A stretch of DNA of 64,000 nt from Hypanus sabinus (Eukaryota): the NCBI RefSeq assembly GCF_030144855.1, contig NC_082711.1, forward strand, positions 58,838,001 to 58,902,000. Direction: 5' to 3'. Made by a program: the position numbers and the translations under genes. How positions within the stretch are numbered: position 1 is the first letter of the stretch; every line of letters begins with the position of its first letter. Positions 12,150-23,320 of the stretch are shown one piece after another. The notes below the pieces were generated by a model. The model had not been told where the DNA came from. It was given only the letters and a program-made list of their open reading frames with translations, and did no database searches.

Positions 12150-12825
12150 CAGAATCAGAATCATATCACATATCACCGGCATGTGATATGAAATTTAACT
12201 TAGCAACAGCAGTTCAATGCAATACATAATCTAGCAGAGATTATAATCATAATAATAATCAAGTAACTCAATTATGTATATTGATGAGATTACAAAAAAA
12301 GTGCAAAAACAGAAATACTGTATATTAAAAAAGTGAGGTAGTGTCCAAAGATTCAACGTCCATTTAGGAATCGAATGGCAGAGGGGAAGAAGCTGTTCCT
12401 GATTCACTGAGTGTGTGCCTTCAGGCTTCTGTATGTCCTTCCTGATGGTAAAAGTGAGAAAAGGGCATGCCCTGAGTGCTGGAGGTCCTTAATAATGGAC
12501 AGTGACTTTCTGAAGCACTGCTCCCTAAAGATGTCCTGGGTACTTCGTAGGCTAGTACCCAAGATGGAGCTGACTAGATTTACAACCTTCTGCAACCTCT
12601 TTTGGTCCTGTGCAGTAGCTCCTCCATACCAGACAGTGATGCAGCCTTCCAGAATGCACTCCATGGTACAACCACAGAAGTTTTTGAGTGTATTTGTTGA
12701 CATGCCAAATCTCTTCAAACTCCTAATAAAGTATACCCACAGTCTTGCTTTCTTTATAACTACATCAATATGTTGGGACCAGGTTAGATCCTCCGAGATC
12801 TTGACACCCAGGGACTTGAAGTCGA
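12150..12825 (-). mobile_element. Rex1/Babar LINE 3' fragment
   Basis: FKSLGVKISEDLTWSQHID...CITVWYG...LLPSGRTYRSL, with a (CAGAAT)n tail on the plus strand. Confidence 0.9.
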
Positions 12826-12829
12826 GTAT

Positions 12830-13430
12830 AAAAAGAGAATAAGGGAATAAAGGAGGCATATGGCATTCTTGCATCCTTTTGACAAGACCATGGGAGCATA
12901 AAAGTCAAGCAATCATGTTGCACCTTGATAAAATTTTGGTTATGCTTCAGCAAATTTGAAGTTCTGATCACTAAATTTCAAGAAAAAAAGTCAAGGCTTT
13001 GGAGAGGGTGCAGAAGAGTTTCTGTATTTGAGAGCGTTGGCCACAAAGGGAGGCTGAACAAATATGGAAATTTTCCTCTAGAGAGGTGGCTGAGTGGTGA
13101 GTTAATAGAAGTATATAAAAATCTGAGAGGCATAGAGAGTCGCAGTCCATTTCCCAGAATGAAAATATCTAGCTTTAATGCGAGAGAGAGCAAGTTTAAA
13201 AGAAGATTGACGAAACAAGTTTTTTTTTAAAAACTGATTGATTGGTAGCTGCAATATTCTGTCAGGGGAAGTGGTGGAAGATAATATGATAGCAAAGTTT
13301 AAGTATTTACACAGACTTGTGAATGGACAGGGCGTGGAGAGATATAACCAAGTGCAGTTTAAATTGGCATCATGGTTGGCACAAACATTATGGATCAAAA
13401 GGACCTGTTCATGCAGTGTACTGTTCAATG
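12830..13430 (+). mobile_element. CR1 LINE 3' fragment (old)
   Basis: LERWLSGELIEVYKNLRG... plus the CR1 3' UTR. Confidence 0.8.
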
Positions 13431-14879
13431 CTCTGTATCAAGTGATTTAATGCACTGACAATTAGATTTATGGCTAGCTAATTACTGTGTTCAAGTCAGC
13501 TTAAAGAAATTCAGAATAGCATTAGACTGCAGGACCTCCCAACACATAAATCTCAGGCCAAATTCTACCAATTATTCAGATAAAAGTTGAAAAAGTTGTA
13601 AACAAATGGAAAGGCACATTTAAAAGTTAATGAGGTGTGCTTAGCTTCCTAAAGCATTGTAAAATTGGTTAATGGGGTAAAAATGGTTGGCATTAACTTC
13701 CCACCATGCCCTAAGCCAATGATACAGCATGGTCCCAAAACTTACTGCATGTCAGGTGATTCATTATTGTTTCAGATGAAAGAAAAATGCTTTAGTGTAG
13801 AAATTAAAGTTGCCACTGATTGTGGCCCATGGAAAAAACATCTACATTTTACAGCATTAATACCTCATTAATCATGTTTTAGGACTCAGATAATAATGGT
13901 GCAAACATTCATACTGTATTCATTAAACAAGGCATCATTTAAATAAATGTACATGCACAATTAACACAGCACTCATGGAACAAATGCAAATTAAAACCAG
14001 CTTCCACAAACTATGAAAACTCTCACTGATAGGGACTGCTTAGTTTAACTTCAATTATAATCTTACTTTAGCAGTCTACATTTTTGTCCCAGAACATTCT
14101 CCATCTAACCTCACAACACAATACTGCAATACAGCAGGTAATTGTTCAGAAATCCCAGTAGTATGGATCACCCCTTAATCTGGAACAACAACTAGGTTTT
14201 CAGGATGCACCTAAAGCCAAGAGCACCCATCGGGTGGTCAGAGCTGGCTGTATATATAGGCAATGAAAAAGACTCATCGACCTAACTTGTCAGAGTACCT
14301 GTATGTTTCTTATTCCCATTAAACTGAAAGAGTTCAACAGAAAATTGATCACAGTATATCAAAGTGAAATAAAAGTACTTGAACATTAAGGAGTGTAACA
14401 TTTAATAGTCCAGAGAGTCTGTTGGTGAGCAATACTGAAGTCCCAAAGGTGGCAGATTACTGGAGATCTTGCAAATAATAAAATATTACAATAAATTTAA
14501 TTTTCCTTCTCAAAGTTTAAGTGACTTTACACTTATAGTAATATTTTAAACAATATTTTCACATTTTTGAGCCTTCTCAATGTTTATAATTCTATAGTAT
14601 ACTGTGTAATTCTGCACCTTTCATTCCTACCATTTATAGTTTTTCAATATTGATGCATAATAATTTGCAAAGTAATACGCAAAACACTTTAAAGGAATTT
14701 GAGATTATGTTTTGCGAAGCACATTTTTTAATATCATTTAATTTTCCATTCCAGTTTTTGAACACTGATTATGCATCACAAGCCATTCTTGTCCAGTTGT
14801 TGATTCCCAGTTGTTAAAACTACTAAGTTGGCTGGCTCCACTGACATCTTCAATTCACTGCTAGCATTACATCTAAAAA

Positions 14880-15195
14880 GGGGAAAGAATAATCATCTGG
14901 ATTGCCAATAACAACTCTTCTGGTTCTTCACTCATCCCATCACTGAACTGTTCCCACAACCTGCAGACTTACTTTCAAGGACTTCCTCAATATTTCTGCT
15001 TGTTTATTTATTTATTTATTTATTCTTTCTTTTTGTATTTGCACAGTTTGTCATCTTTTGCACACTGGTTGTTTGTTTTGTTAGGTACGGTCCTTTACTG
15101 ATTCGTATTTCTTTGCACTTACCGTGAATGAAAATGAATCTAAAGGTTGTATATGACTACATACGTGTACTTTGATAAAGTTACTTTGAACTTTT
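14880..15195 (+). mobile_element. Rex1/Babar-type 3' UTR and tail
   Basis: ttgtatttgcacagtttg...gttgtatatg...tactttgataaagttactttgaact, homologous to 7800-7945. Confidence 0.7.
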
Positions 15196-16093
15196 GTTCA
15201 CATTCCATCAATAGATTTGGGCCTTTAAGCAAAAGCAGTATAGTGCCAACAAAAGATTTACTTAATGAAAACAGGAGCTGCTGAAGTGGATTTCAATGGT
15301 TAAAAGTGTATGTTGACAATTTCTTTTTATATCAGAAGAACAGCAACTCATGTTATACTCCTTTGTGTCACCAATATAGGCAATATCTGACATTTGTCCT
15401 TACACATGTTCTTACTGGAAATATAATTAAATCTGCAAGCATAATTACATAAAATTCTATTTGCATCTTCTATCTGCAAACGTCCTCATACTGACAGGAA
15501 GATCTATTCAGGACAGTCCTAAATACAATATATAGGACTTCTGAGACAAATCCACAGACCCTTCCAGAATGATGGCCTAACTCTGTGCCAGCAACATCTG
15601 CTTAATTTTGCATCTGTTACCACAGCCAGAAAACCAGCCAAAAATTGAGAAAACGGGTAGCTGTTACCTACATGTTTTTTTACTATTAGGTTTGCATTAG
15701 TATTCTTTAAGCTGTACTTTTAGAACCACAAGAAATTTATTAGCATCCAACAATTGACTCATCACATCAGTGTCAGTTGAAAAGTACTATCTAGCCTTAT
15801 CACACCTTCCAGCAACAGGTCCATCACCTTGCACATCATGACTTTTCAGATATTTTACACATTGAGGGTTTCTGCCTTGACGACTCTTTCAAGTAATGAA
15901 CATCAGAGTCCTATCAGCCTCTAGATGAAAAAATTACTATTCCTCTTCTCCCTTCTAATCATCCGAGTAACTATTTCTAACTCTATGTTCTCATTTATGA
16001 GCCCTCCAGAGATCAGAGTCATTAAACCATACAGAAAAAACGTAAGGATAATCAATCACTGCATCTGCACCAACCATCAAGCACCCATTACCC

Positions 16094-16173
16094 CAGGGGT
16101 GCCCAACCTGGGGTCCACCAACCCCTTAATTAATGGTATTGGTCCATGGCATATAAAAGGTTGGGAATCTCTG
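16094..16173. mobile_element. 80-bp hAT MITE
   Basis: CAGGGGTGCCCAACCT...AGGTTGGGAATCTCTG termini. Flanks CATTACCC and CTTTACAC match at 6 of 8 positions. Confidence 0.7.
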
Positions 16174-16597
16174 CTTTACACTAATGCTCATTTTCCTTTC
16201 ACACCTCTATTAACCACCAAAACCATACCAATGCTACCACCCATCAGCATTCAACTCTCTACACCTTTGGTATGGGAGCAAGAACAGAGAATCTTGGGAA
16301 AGCCCATGTGACCACCAAGAGAATGTGCAGATTCCACACTGATAGCATATGAGACAAGAACAAATCCGAGTTCTGTATCTGCAATGCAGCAGGGCTGAAT
16401 ACTATTCTGCCTAGGCCCTTCGTAACTTTATACAACAGAATAATCCTACACTTTGTCTTCTTCAGCTTATTTTTCTGGTCTTTCCTTTAGCTACTATTTT
16501 CCAGTTCTGGCAATGTCTTTGTAAATGCCATCTGCATTCTCTCCAGTGTAATCTTGCATCTGGAAATGCATTAAAATGACACTGAATATTCTACTTA

Positions 16598-17034
16598 CGA
16601 GGGATGATTGATAAGTTTGTGGACTAAGGTAGAAGGAGTCAATTTTAGAAAACCTAGCACATTTATTTTTCAACATAGTCCCCTCCTACATTTACACACT
16701 TAGTCCAGCAGTCATGAAGCATATGGATTTTGGACCTCCAGAAAGTGTCCAGAAAGATAAGCTATACAGCTCTCGTTACATGCACATGCAGTTAAACTCT
16801 GAGTGATTATGCAGAAAGTTTGAAGTTAAGAACTCACCTCCTTCTACCTTAGGCCACAAACTTATCAATCACCCCTGCTGTGGACACTTTCTGGAGGTCC
16901 AAGATCTATATGCTTCACGACCATTGGACTAAGTGTGGAAATGTAGGAGGGGACTAGGTTGAAAAATAAATGTGCCAAGTTTTCTAAAATTGACTCCTTC
17001 TACCTTGGGCCACAAACTTATTAATCATCCCTCA
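16598..17034. mobile_element. Tc1/mariner MITE with long terminal inverted repeats (TIRs)
   Basis: TA on both flanks. About 150-bp inverted arms (CGAGGGATGATTGATAAGTTTGTGG...CCACAAACTTATTAATCATCCCTCA). An extra internal TIR copy lies at 16838-16876. Confidence 0.9.
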
Positions 17035-17319
17035 TATATAGCAGCTATATATGGAACAAGTCAATGCACCTCACTGGGTCATATTGAGCAAATGCTGAAA
17101 TAAAATTAATGAGCTTATAAAGCAGGTTGACAGTGTTATCCATGTTGATGTTGAAGGCATTTGATAAAATCTGAGACATTTAAGCTGGTATGAAACGTTA
17201 CAAGCCCATGGATGTAATGCTGCCAAATGGAAAATTAGGTGTCTTTCTTTGAGTCTGCAAATTTCCAGTGTTTTATTTTTTTTCCTTTAATTATCCTCAT
17301 TCAGTTATTAACTTGATAC

Positions 17320-17534
17320 TGCAGCGGTGTGCTACACGCAGCGCTAAAATTACGACACGGAGTCGGTAACTGCAGTCGCAGGAAAAAACTTTATTCGAAA
17401 TCCTCAGCCTCACTTTTAAGCCTCCCTCAACCTGCCCCCCGTGGCGCAGAGGCTCCAAAGCTCTGTGCTCGCAAACCCCCGTAGGCTATCTAATTGTGAG
17501 CCGGTTTGGATGTGCCAGGAAATGGGTCGCCACA
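17320..17534 (-). repeat. 3' LTR (215 bp)
   Basis: Direct repeat of 21279-21493. Minus-strand AATAAA at 17390-17395. The pol stop codon (17486-17488) lies inside it. Confidence 0.97.
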
Positions 17535-20500
17535 TAACCGGCGATACACCCCCCAATGTCCACATTCTGGGCCAGAACCTGCTTGGGAGGTCGGCCTCTG
17601 TGCCGAGGTGCCGGAAACTCGGCCGGTTGTGCCAGGTCCACATGGGCCGGTTTGAGGCGGTCCACCGTGAAAACCTCCTCTTTCCCCCCAACGTCCAGCA
17701 CGAACGTGGACCCGTTGTTCCGGAGCACCATAAATGACCCCTCGTATGGCCGCTGCAGCGGTGGCCAATGCCCGCCCCTTCGTACAAACACAAACTTACA
17801 GTTCTGCAGGTCTTTGGGTATGCAGGTCGGGTTCTGCCCGTGCTGTGAAGTGGGTATGGGGGCCAGGTTACCGAGCTTCTCGCGTAGTCTGCCCAGGACT
17901 GCTGCGGGATCTTCCTCTTGCCCCCGTGGGGCTGGTAGGAACTCCCCGGGGACGCCCAGGGGCGCGCCGTATACCAACTCGGCCGACGAGGCGTGCAGGT
18001 CGTCCTTGGGCGCTGTGCGGATGCCGAGTAGGACCCAGGGAAACTCGTCCACCCAGTTGGCTCCTCGCAGGCGGGCCATGAGGGCCGACTTCAGGTGACG
18101 GTGGAAACACTCCACTAGCCCGTTCGACTGTGGGTGGTAGGCAGTTGTGTGGTGCAGCTGAGTCCCCAAAAGGCTGGCCATAGCTGACCACAGGCTGTAG
18201 GTGAACTGGGTGCCTCTGTCGGAGGTAATGTGGGCCGGTACACCAAAGCGAGATATCCAGGTGGTGATCAGGGCTCGGGCGCAAGATTCGGAGGTGGTGT
18301 CGGTGAGCGGGACCGCCTCTGGCCATCTTGTGAACCGGTCCACGATAGTCAGGAGGTGCCGCGCTCCGCGTGACACTGGCAGGGGGCCCACGATATCCAC
18401 ATGAATGTGGTCGAAACGCCGGTGGGCGGGATGGAACTGCTGCGGTGGGGCTTTGGTGTGCCGCTGCACCTTGGCCGTCTGGCAGTGCATGCACGTTTTG
18501 GCCCATTCACTGACCTGTTTGCGGAGTCCATGCCAAACGAACCTGCTGGAAACCATCCGGATAGTTGTCCGGATGGAGGGATGCGCCAAGTTATGAATGG
18601 AGTCGAAAACACGGCGCCGCCAGGCTGTCGGGACGACGGGACGGGGCTGGCCGGTGGCAACGTCACAGAGTAGTGTCCTCTCACCCGGGCCTACGGGGAG
18701 GTCCTGGAGCTGCAAACCGGAGACTGCGGTTCTGTAACTCGGAATCTCCTCATCCGCCTGCTGCGCCTCTGCCAGTGCCTCAAAGTCTACCCCTTGGGAA
18801 AGGGCATGAACGGTAGGGCGAGAGAGCGCATCCGCCACGACATTGTCCTTACCCGAGACGTGCCGGACATCCCTCGTGTATTCAGAGATGTAGGACAGGT
18901 GGCGTTGCTGGCGGGACGACCAGGGGTCGCAAAGGTAAGTGGTTTGTGGTCCGTGAACGCGGTGAAGGGCCGACCTTCTAGGAAGTACCTGAAATGCCGG
19001 ATTGCCAGGTAGAGCGCCAACAGTTCCCGGTCGAAAGCACTGTATTTGAGCTCGGGCGGCCGCAGGTGTTTGCTGAAAAACACCAGGGGTTGCCAGCGAC
19101 CTGCGATGAGTTGCTCCAGCACCCCACCGACTGCTGTGTTAGATGCGTCCACTGTGAGGGCGGTAGGGGCGTCCATTCTGGGATGTACTAGCATTGCGGC
19201 GTTCGCCAAAGCTTCCTTCATTTGAACGAAAGCGGCGGCGGACTCCTCGTCCCAGGTAATGTCCTTGCTCAGACACGACATCAAGGCGAACAGGGGGCGC
19301 ATGATCCAGGCAGCTGAAGGGAGGAAGCGGTGGTAGAAATTGACCATATCTACGAATTCCTGAAGGCCTTTGATCGTGGTGGGTCGGGGGAAGTGGCGGA
19401 CCGCATCTACCTTAGCGGGCAGAGGGGTTGCCCCGTCTTTAGTAATCCTGTGGCCCAGGAAGTCAATGGTATCAAGTCCGAACTGGCATTTGGCGGGGTT
19501 GATTGTAAGACCGTACTCACTCAGTCGGGCGCAGAGTTGACGGAGGTGGGACAGATGCTCCTGACGACTGCTGCTGGCTATGAGGATGTCATCCAAATAG
19601 ATGAACGCGAAGTCCAGGTCCCGTCCCACCGCGTCCACAGACTGGAACGTCTGTGCGGCATTCTTCAGGCCGAACGGCATGCGGAGGAACTCGAAAAGGC
19701 CAAACGGGGTGATGAAAGCCGTTTTGGGGACGTCGTCAGGATGCATCGGGATTTGATGGTACCCTCGGACGAGGTCTACCTTGGAGAAGATCCGTGCGCC
19801 GTGCAGGTTTGCTGCAAAGTCCTGAATGTGCGGCACAGGGTAGCGGTCCGGTGTGGTAGCCTCGTTCAGCCTGCGGTAGTCGCCGCACGGTCTCCAGCCT
19901 CCCGTCGCTTTGGGTACCATGTGCAGGGGGGAGGCCCATGGGCTGTCGGACCGCCGGATGATCCCCAATTCCTCCATCCTCTGGAACTCCTCCTTCGCCA
20001 GTCGGAGCTTGTCCGGGGGAAGCCGCCAAGCGCGGGCGTGGAGGGGTGGTCCCTGGGTCGGGATGTGGTGCTGTACGCCGTGTCGGGGCATGGCCGCTGT
20101 GAACTGCGGTGCCAGAACCGATGGGAAATCCGCCAGGACCCTGGTGAAGTTGTTGTCGGACAGCGTGATGGAGCCGAGGTGAGGGGCTGGCAACTGGGCT
20201 GCACCCAGGGAGAATGTCTGAAAGGTCTCGGCGTGTACCAGTCTCTTCCTGGGCAGGTCGACCAGTAGGCTGTGAGCCCGCAAAAATCCGCACCCAGAAG
20301 CGGTTGGGCTACGGCGGCCAGTGTAAAGTCCCACGTGAACTGGCTGGAGCCGAACTGTAGCTGCACCCGACGGGTGCCATAGGTCCTTACTGTGCTGCCG
20401 TTCACGGCCCTCAGGGGCGGACCCGGTGCCCTGCTGCGGGTGTCGTAACTCGTCGGAGGTAAAATGCTGATCTCGGCACCAGCATCGACCAAAACCCGGC

Positions 20501-20580
20501 CTTCTATCCCACACATACAGGAGGCTATCCCGATGGCCAGCCGCCATAGCCATCAGCGGCGGCTGGCCCTGGCGTTTCCC
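17486..20580 (-). pseudogene. pol: pol (PR-RT-RNase H-IN) with several frameshifts
   Basis: Protease LVDAGAEIS (DTG changed to DAG, and out of frame). RT motifs [26 protein letters not shown]. RNase H motifs DAS, ELLA, TDHKPL. Integrase HHCC (HNLAH...CMHC) and DDE (HVDIVG, TSDRG, GLVE). Frame breaks near 20500, 20280 and 18930. Confidence 0.95.
20523..20580 (-). promoter_or_regulatory. -1 programmed ribosomal frameshift signal (slippery heptamer plus predicted H-type pseudoknot)
   Basis: G GGA AAC (20574-20580) is in the gag frame, and the -1 frame is pol. A 5-nt spacer is followed by stem GGCCAGCCGCC/GGCGGCTGGCC and a loop GGCTAT that can pair with downstream ATAGCC. Confidence 0.85.
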
Positions 20581-21238
20581 GGGAACTTGCAGGGCGGGCG
20601 ACAACGGCAGGCTTCTGCACCCCACCGCTGGTGGTAGAAGCACCAGTGTTCCTTGGGCCGGGGGTTGGCGGGCTCTGCGGCCGGGCCTGGACTGGTTTGC
20701 TGCTGGGAGCGTGGCTGGGAGATCTGTGCGATGGACGCCCCGCTCACCTTTTTGGCGTTCCACAGCAAATCCGCCCGGGCTGCCACCTTCCGGGGGTCAC
20801 TGAAATCCGCGTCGGACAGCAGCAGGCGTATGTCCTCGGGCAGCTGCTCCAGGAATGCCTGCTCAAACATCAGGGCGTGTGTCTGTCGGCTAGAGACAAC
20901 ATCTCATTCATTAAAGCCGATGGAGGTCTGTCGCCCAAGCCATCCAGGTGCAGTAAACGGGCAGCCCGCTCACGCAGTGAGAGTCCGAAAGTCCTGAGGA
21001 GCAGGGCTTTGAATTCCGTGTACTTGCCGTCTGCTGGGGGCGACTGTACGAACTCCGCGACCTGGGCCGCTGTGTCCTGGTCAAGGGAGCTCACCACGTA
21101 GTAGTAGCGGGTGTCTTCTGAGGTGATCTGGCGAACGTGGAATTGGGCTTCGGCTTGCTGGAACCATAGGTTCGGGCGCTGTGTCCAGAAACCCGGCAGT
21201 TTCAACGAAACCGCATGAACAGAGGCGTCGTCGGTCAT
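20553..21238 (-). pseudogene. gag: gag, frameshifted near 20870
   Basis: MTDDASVHAVSLKLPGFW...WFQQAEAQF...ADRHTP* continues in another frame as MFEQAFLEQLPEDIR...[19 protein letters not shown] (CHCC knuckle at 20589-20642). Confidence 0.92.
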
Positions 21239-21262
21239 TTCTGGTCCAAAAATCGTTTGGAC

Positions 21263-21276
21263 CGTCGGGGTCACCA
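21263..21276 (-). promoter_or_regulatory. Primer-binding site complementary to the tRNA-Trp 3' end
   Basis: Minus strand reads TGGTGACCCCGACG, 2 nt inside the 5' LTR. This matches the first 14 nt of the canonical tRNA-Trp PBS (as in Rous sarcoma virus). Confidence 0.92.
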
Positions 21277-21278
21277 AT

Positions 21279-21493
21279 TGTAGCGGTGTGCTACACGCAG
21301 CGCTAAAATTACGACACGGAGTCGGTAACTGCAGTCGCAGGAAAAAACTTTGTTCGAAATCCTCAGCCTCACTTTTAAGCCTCCCTCAACCTGCCCCCCG
21401 TGGCGCAGAGGCTCCAAAGCTCTGTGCTCGCAAACCCCCGTAGGCTATCTAATTGTGAGCCGGTTTGGATGTGCCAGGAAATGGGTCGCCACA
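21279..21493 (-). repeat. 5' LTR (215 bp)
   Basis: Matches 17320-17534 except at 2 positions (21281 and 21352). The minus strand starts TGTGGCG and ends CGCTACA, then AT and the PBS follow. Confidence 0.97.
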
Positions 21494-21559
21494 ATACCAC
21501 CAAAAACTTTGCATCATGTGGGCAACTTTAGTTCTTTCCATGCTTCTCCCTCTCTGCAA

Positions 21560-21720
21560 CTTATATTACACTGATTTTCTCAGTTTTCCAGTCCTGATTA
21601 AGGGTCACTGATATGAAATAGTAACTGTGTTTTTCGTCTATAGATACTGCCTGTTCTGCTGAGTATCTTCAAGTCTTTTATTTTTATTTCATATTTTGTA
21701 TACCTGCAGATTTTGATTTT
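21560..21720 (+). mobile_element. Penelope 3'-end fragment
   Basis: cagtcctgattaagggtc...gaaa...tatagatactgcctgttctgctgagtatcttc...atacctgcagattttg. Confidence 0.7.
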
Positions 21721-23164
21721 AATTGTGTCAGAAGATACAGGTAGATGAGATGAATGAGTGGACAAATGAAATCAATATAATACAGGGAAAGATTCACAGC
21801 AATGTTTGTTCTGCAATCCAACCTGAACTCACTGAGGTGCAAGGAGTTTTCGAGTGATGGACAAGCATCCATAGGGGTAAAACCACACAGATTAAGTTGT
21901 GAGGGTGGAGGAGGCTGGTACTGTACTTTACAACATCCAAGTAGCATTGTTGCATTAAAAGCCAAGGCCAAGTTTTTGGGAAAGCACAGCTTGCTTCTTG
22001 GATACCGTGGGCTGTATAACTTCAACTGTTTATCAGTGGTGACTTGCCACTGACTCTGCATTTTCAGGCAATAAAAAGAGATGTGAACTGTCAATGTTTT
22101 TTACAGAATCAAATCAACCAGGTTTGTCCAAATGGTGATTTACAAATCAACTATTTGGACAAAATTCATATTAGCTGCTGAATAGGGATAAAGCCTGTCA
22201 TTTCAGACCTTTAGGATATTTGCTTCTGTACTTTATTCTCCGTGATTACAACCAGTCCTTATTTACTGACAGCAAGGACTTCGGGTAGAAAATTCATTGC
22301 CCTTAACAATTCCTATCAACTTCAATCACATCTGTCTCATTCACTCAGATAAACCATATCCTATTTTCAGGTTTATTCCAATTTAGGTGGATGAGCATCT
22401 GTCAAAATCATCTTGATCTTTGAGTATAGTTACATCTAAATCAATTCCAGCAGCCTTTCAATTGGTAACCAAAGACATTAACATTTGTTAAAAGAATAAA
22501 CTTTTGGAAATATTGAAACTAAGAAAAAGACATTAAATGGAAGAAAAGTAAAAATAATGTTTCGATTATACATTAGGTTTCTCATTCTATAAATGACTTG
22601 TTGAGTCAATATTGATTGATGAAAAAAAAGCACATTTAGTGCTCATTGAAGAATTTTGCCTATTTTGCCTTATTAAAGAATAATGCCTGGCACCTGATCA
22701 ATATTCAACTCAGCAGGAACAATCTAGTGACTATTTAAAAGTTGCAGAGTAGACAATGATTTTAGTGCCTTTTCTTAGATTTCAGTCACTGCACTGCTTA
22801 AGAAATGCTGATTTTTGTCTTCAAAACAGAAAAAACTTCTATTTAATCAAGTTGAGTTGAATGTCCTGTGCTTAAGTACATGTATTCAGAAGTGCAATGA
22901 AAAAGTTACCAGAATCACAGGAACATAGTATTAGAAAGACAACATCCACAATCAAAACATAAATTACAGAAGAAAGAGTGCAATTCGAACAAAAACAAAC
23001 AAAAGTTCATTTGAGTGGAAGTGGGCATGAAGTTGCTATACTGAGGTGATGATTAAGGCTGTGCTGGTTGGTTCAGGAACCAATTGGTTAACTGTATTGT
23101 GGACAGATGCAATGGCAGATGGCTTCGAACAGGAGGCAGATGAAGTGACCAAGAGTCATTCAGC

Positions 23165-23320
23165 AGAAAGAGCAAGTTTTGGAGGAACTTGACATTTGAA
23201 CAACATCTATGAAGAGAAACAGTTGTTTTCTCCACCCAACCACCCCCCATAGGTGCTGAGACACCCACTGTGTTCCTCCAGCAATTTTTTTTTGCTCCAG
23301 ATTCCAGCATCTGTAGTACC
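23165..23320. mobile_element. Penelope-end fold-back fragment
   Basis: tggaggaact...catctatg faces cataggtgctg...tgttcctccagcaattt...gattccagcatctgtag. Confidence 0.65.

Larger units (their letters stand above)
17320..21493 (-). mobile_element. Full-length Ty3/Gypsy LTR retrotransposon, CsRn1 clade (defective copy)
   Basis: Two 215-bp direct repeats with TG...CA ends. 4-bp TSD ATAC at 17316-17319 and 21494-21497. Domain order gag-PR-RT-RH-IN. tRNA-Trp PBS and a CX2HX9CX3C gag motif. Confidence 0.97.

Noticed and set aside
15925-16311. 128-aa ORF with a signal-peptide-like N-terminus
   Set aside because: It runs across decayed CR1 sequence, a hAT MITE and a SINE, so it is a chance ORF.
19330-20268. 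312-aa plus-strand ORF and other ORFs overlapping the Gypsy element
   Set aside because: They are antisense or alternate-frame shadows of GC-rich pol with no recognisable motifs.
18787-20763. 658-aa ORF as an intact Pol
   Set aside because: It is a mosaic of frames: the protease is out of frame and RNase H is frameshifted before the integrase.
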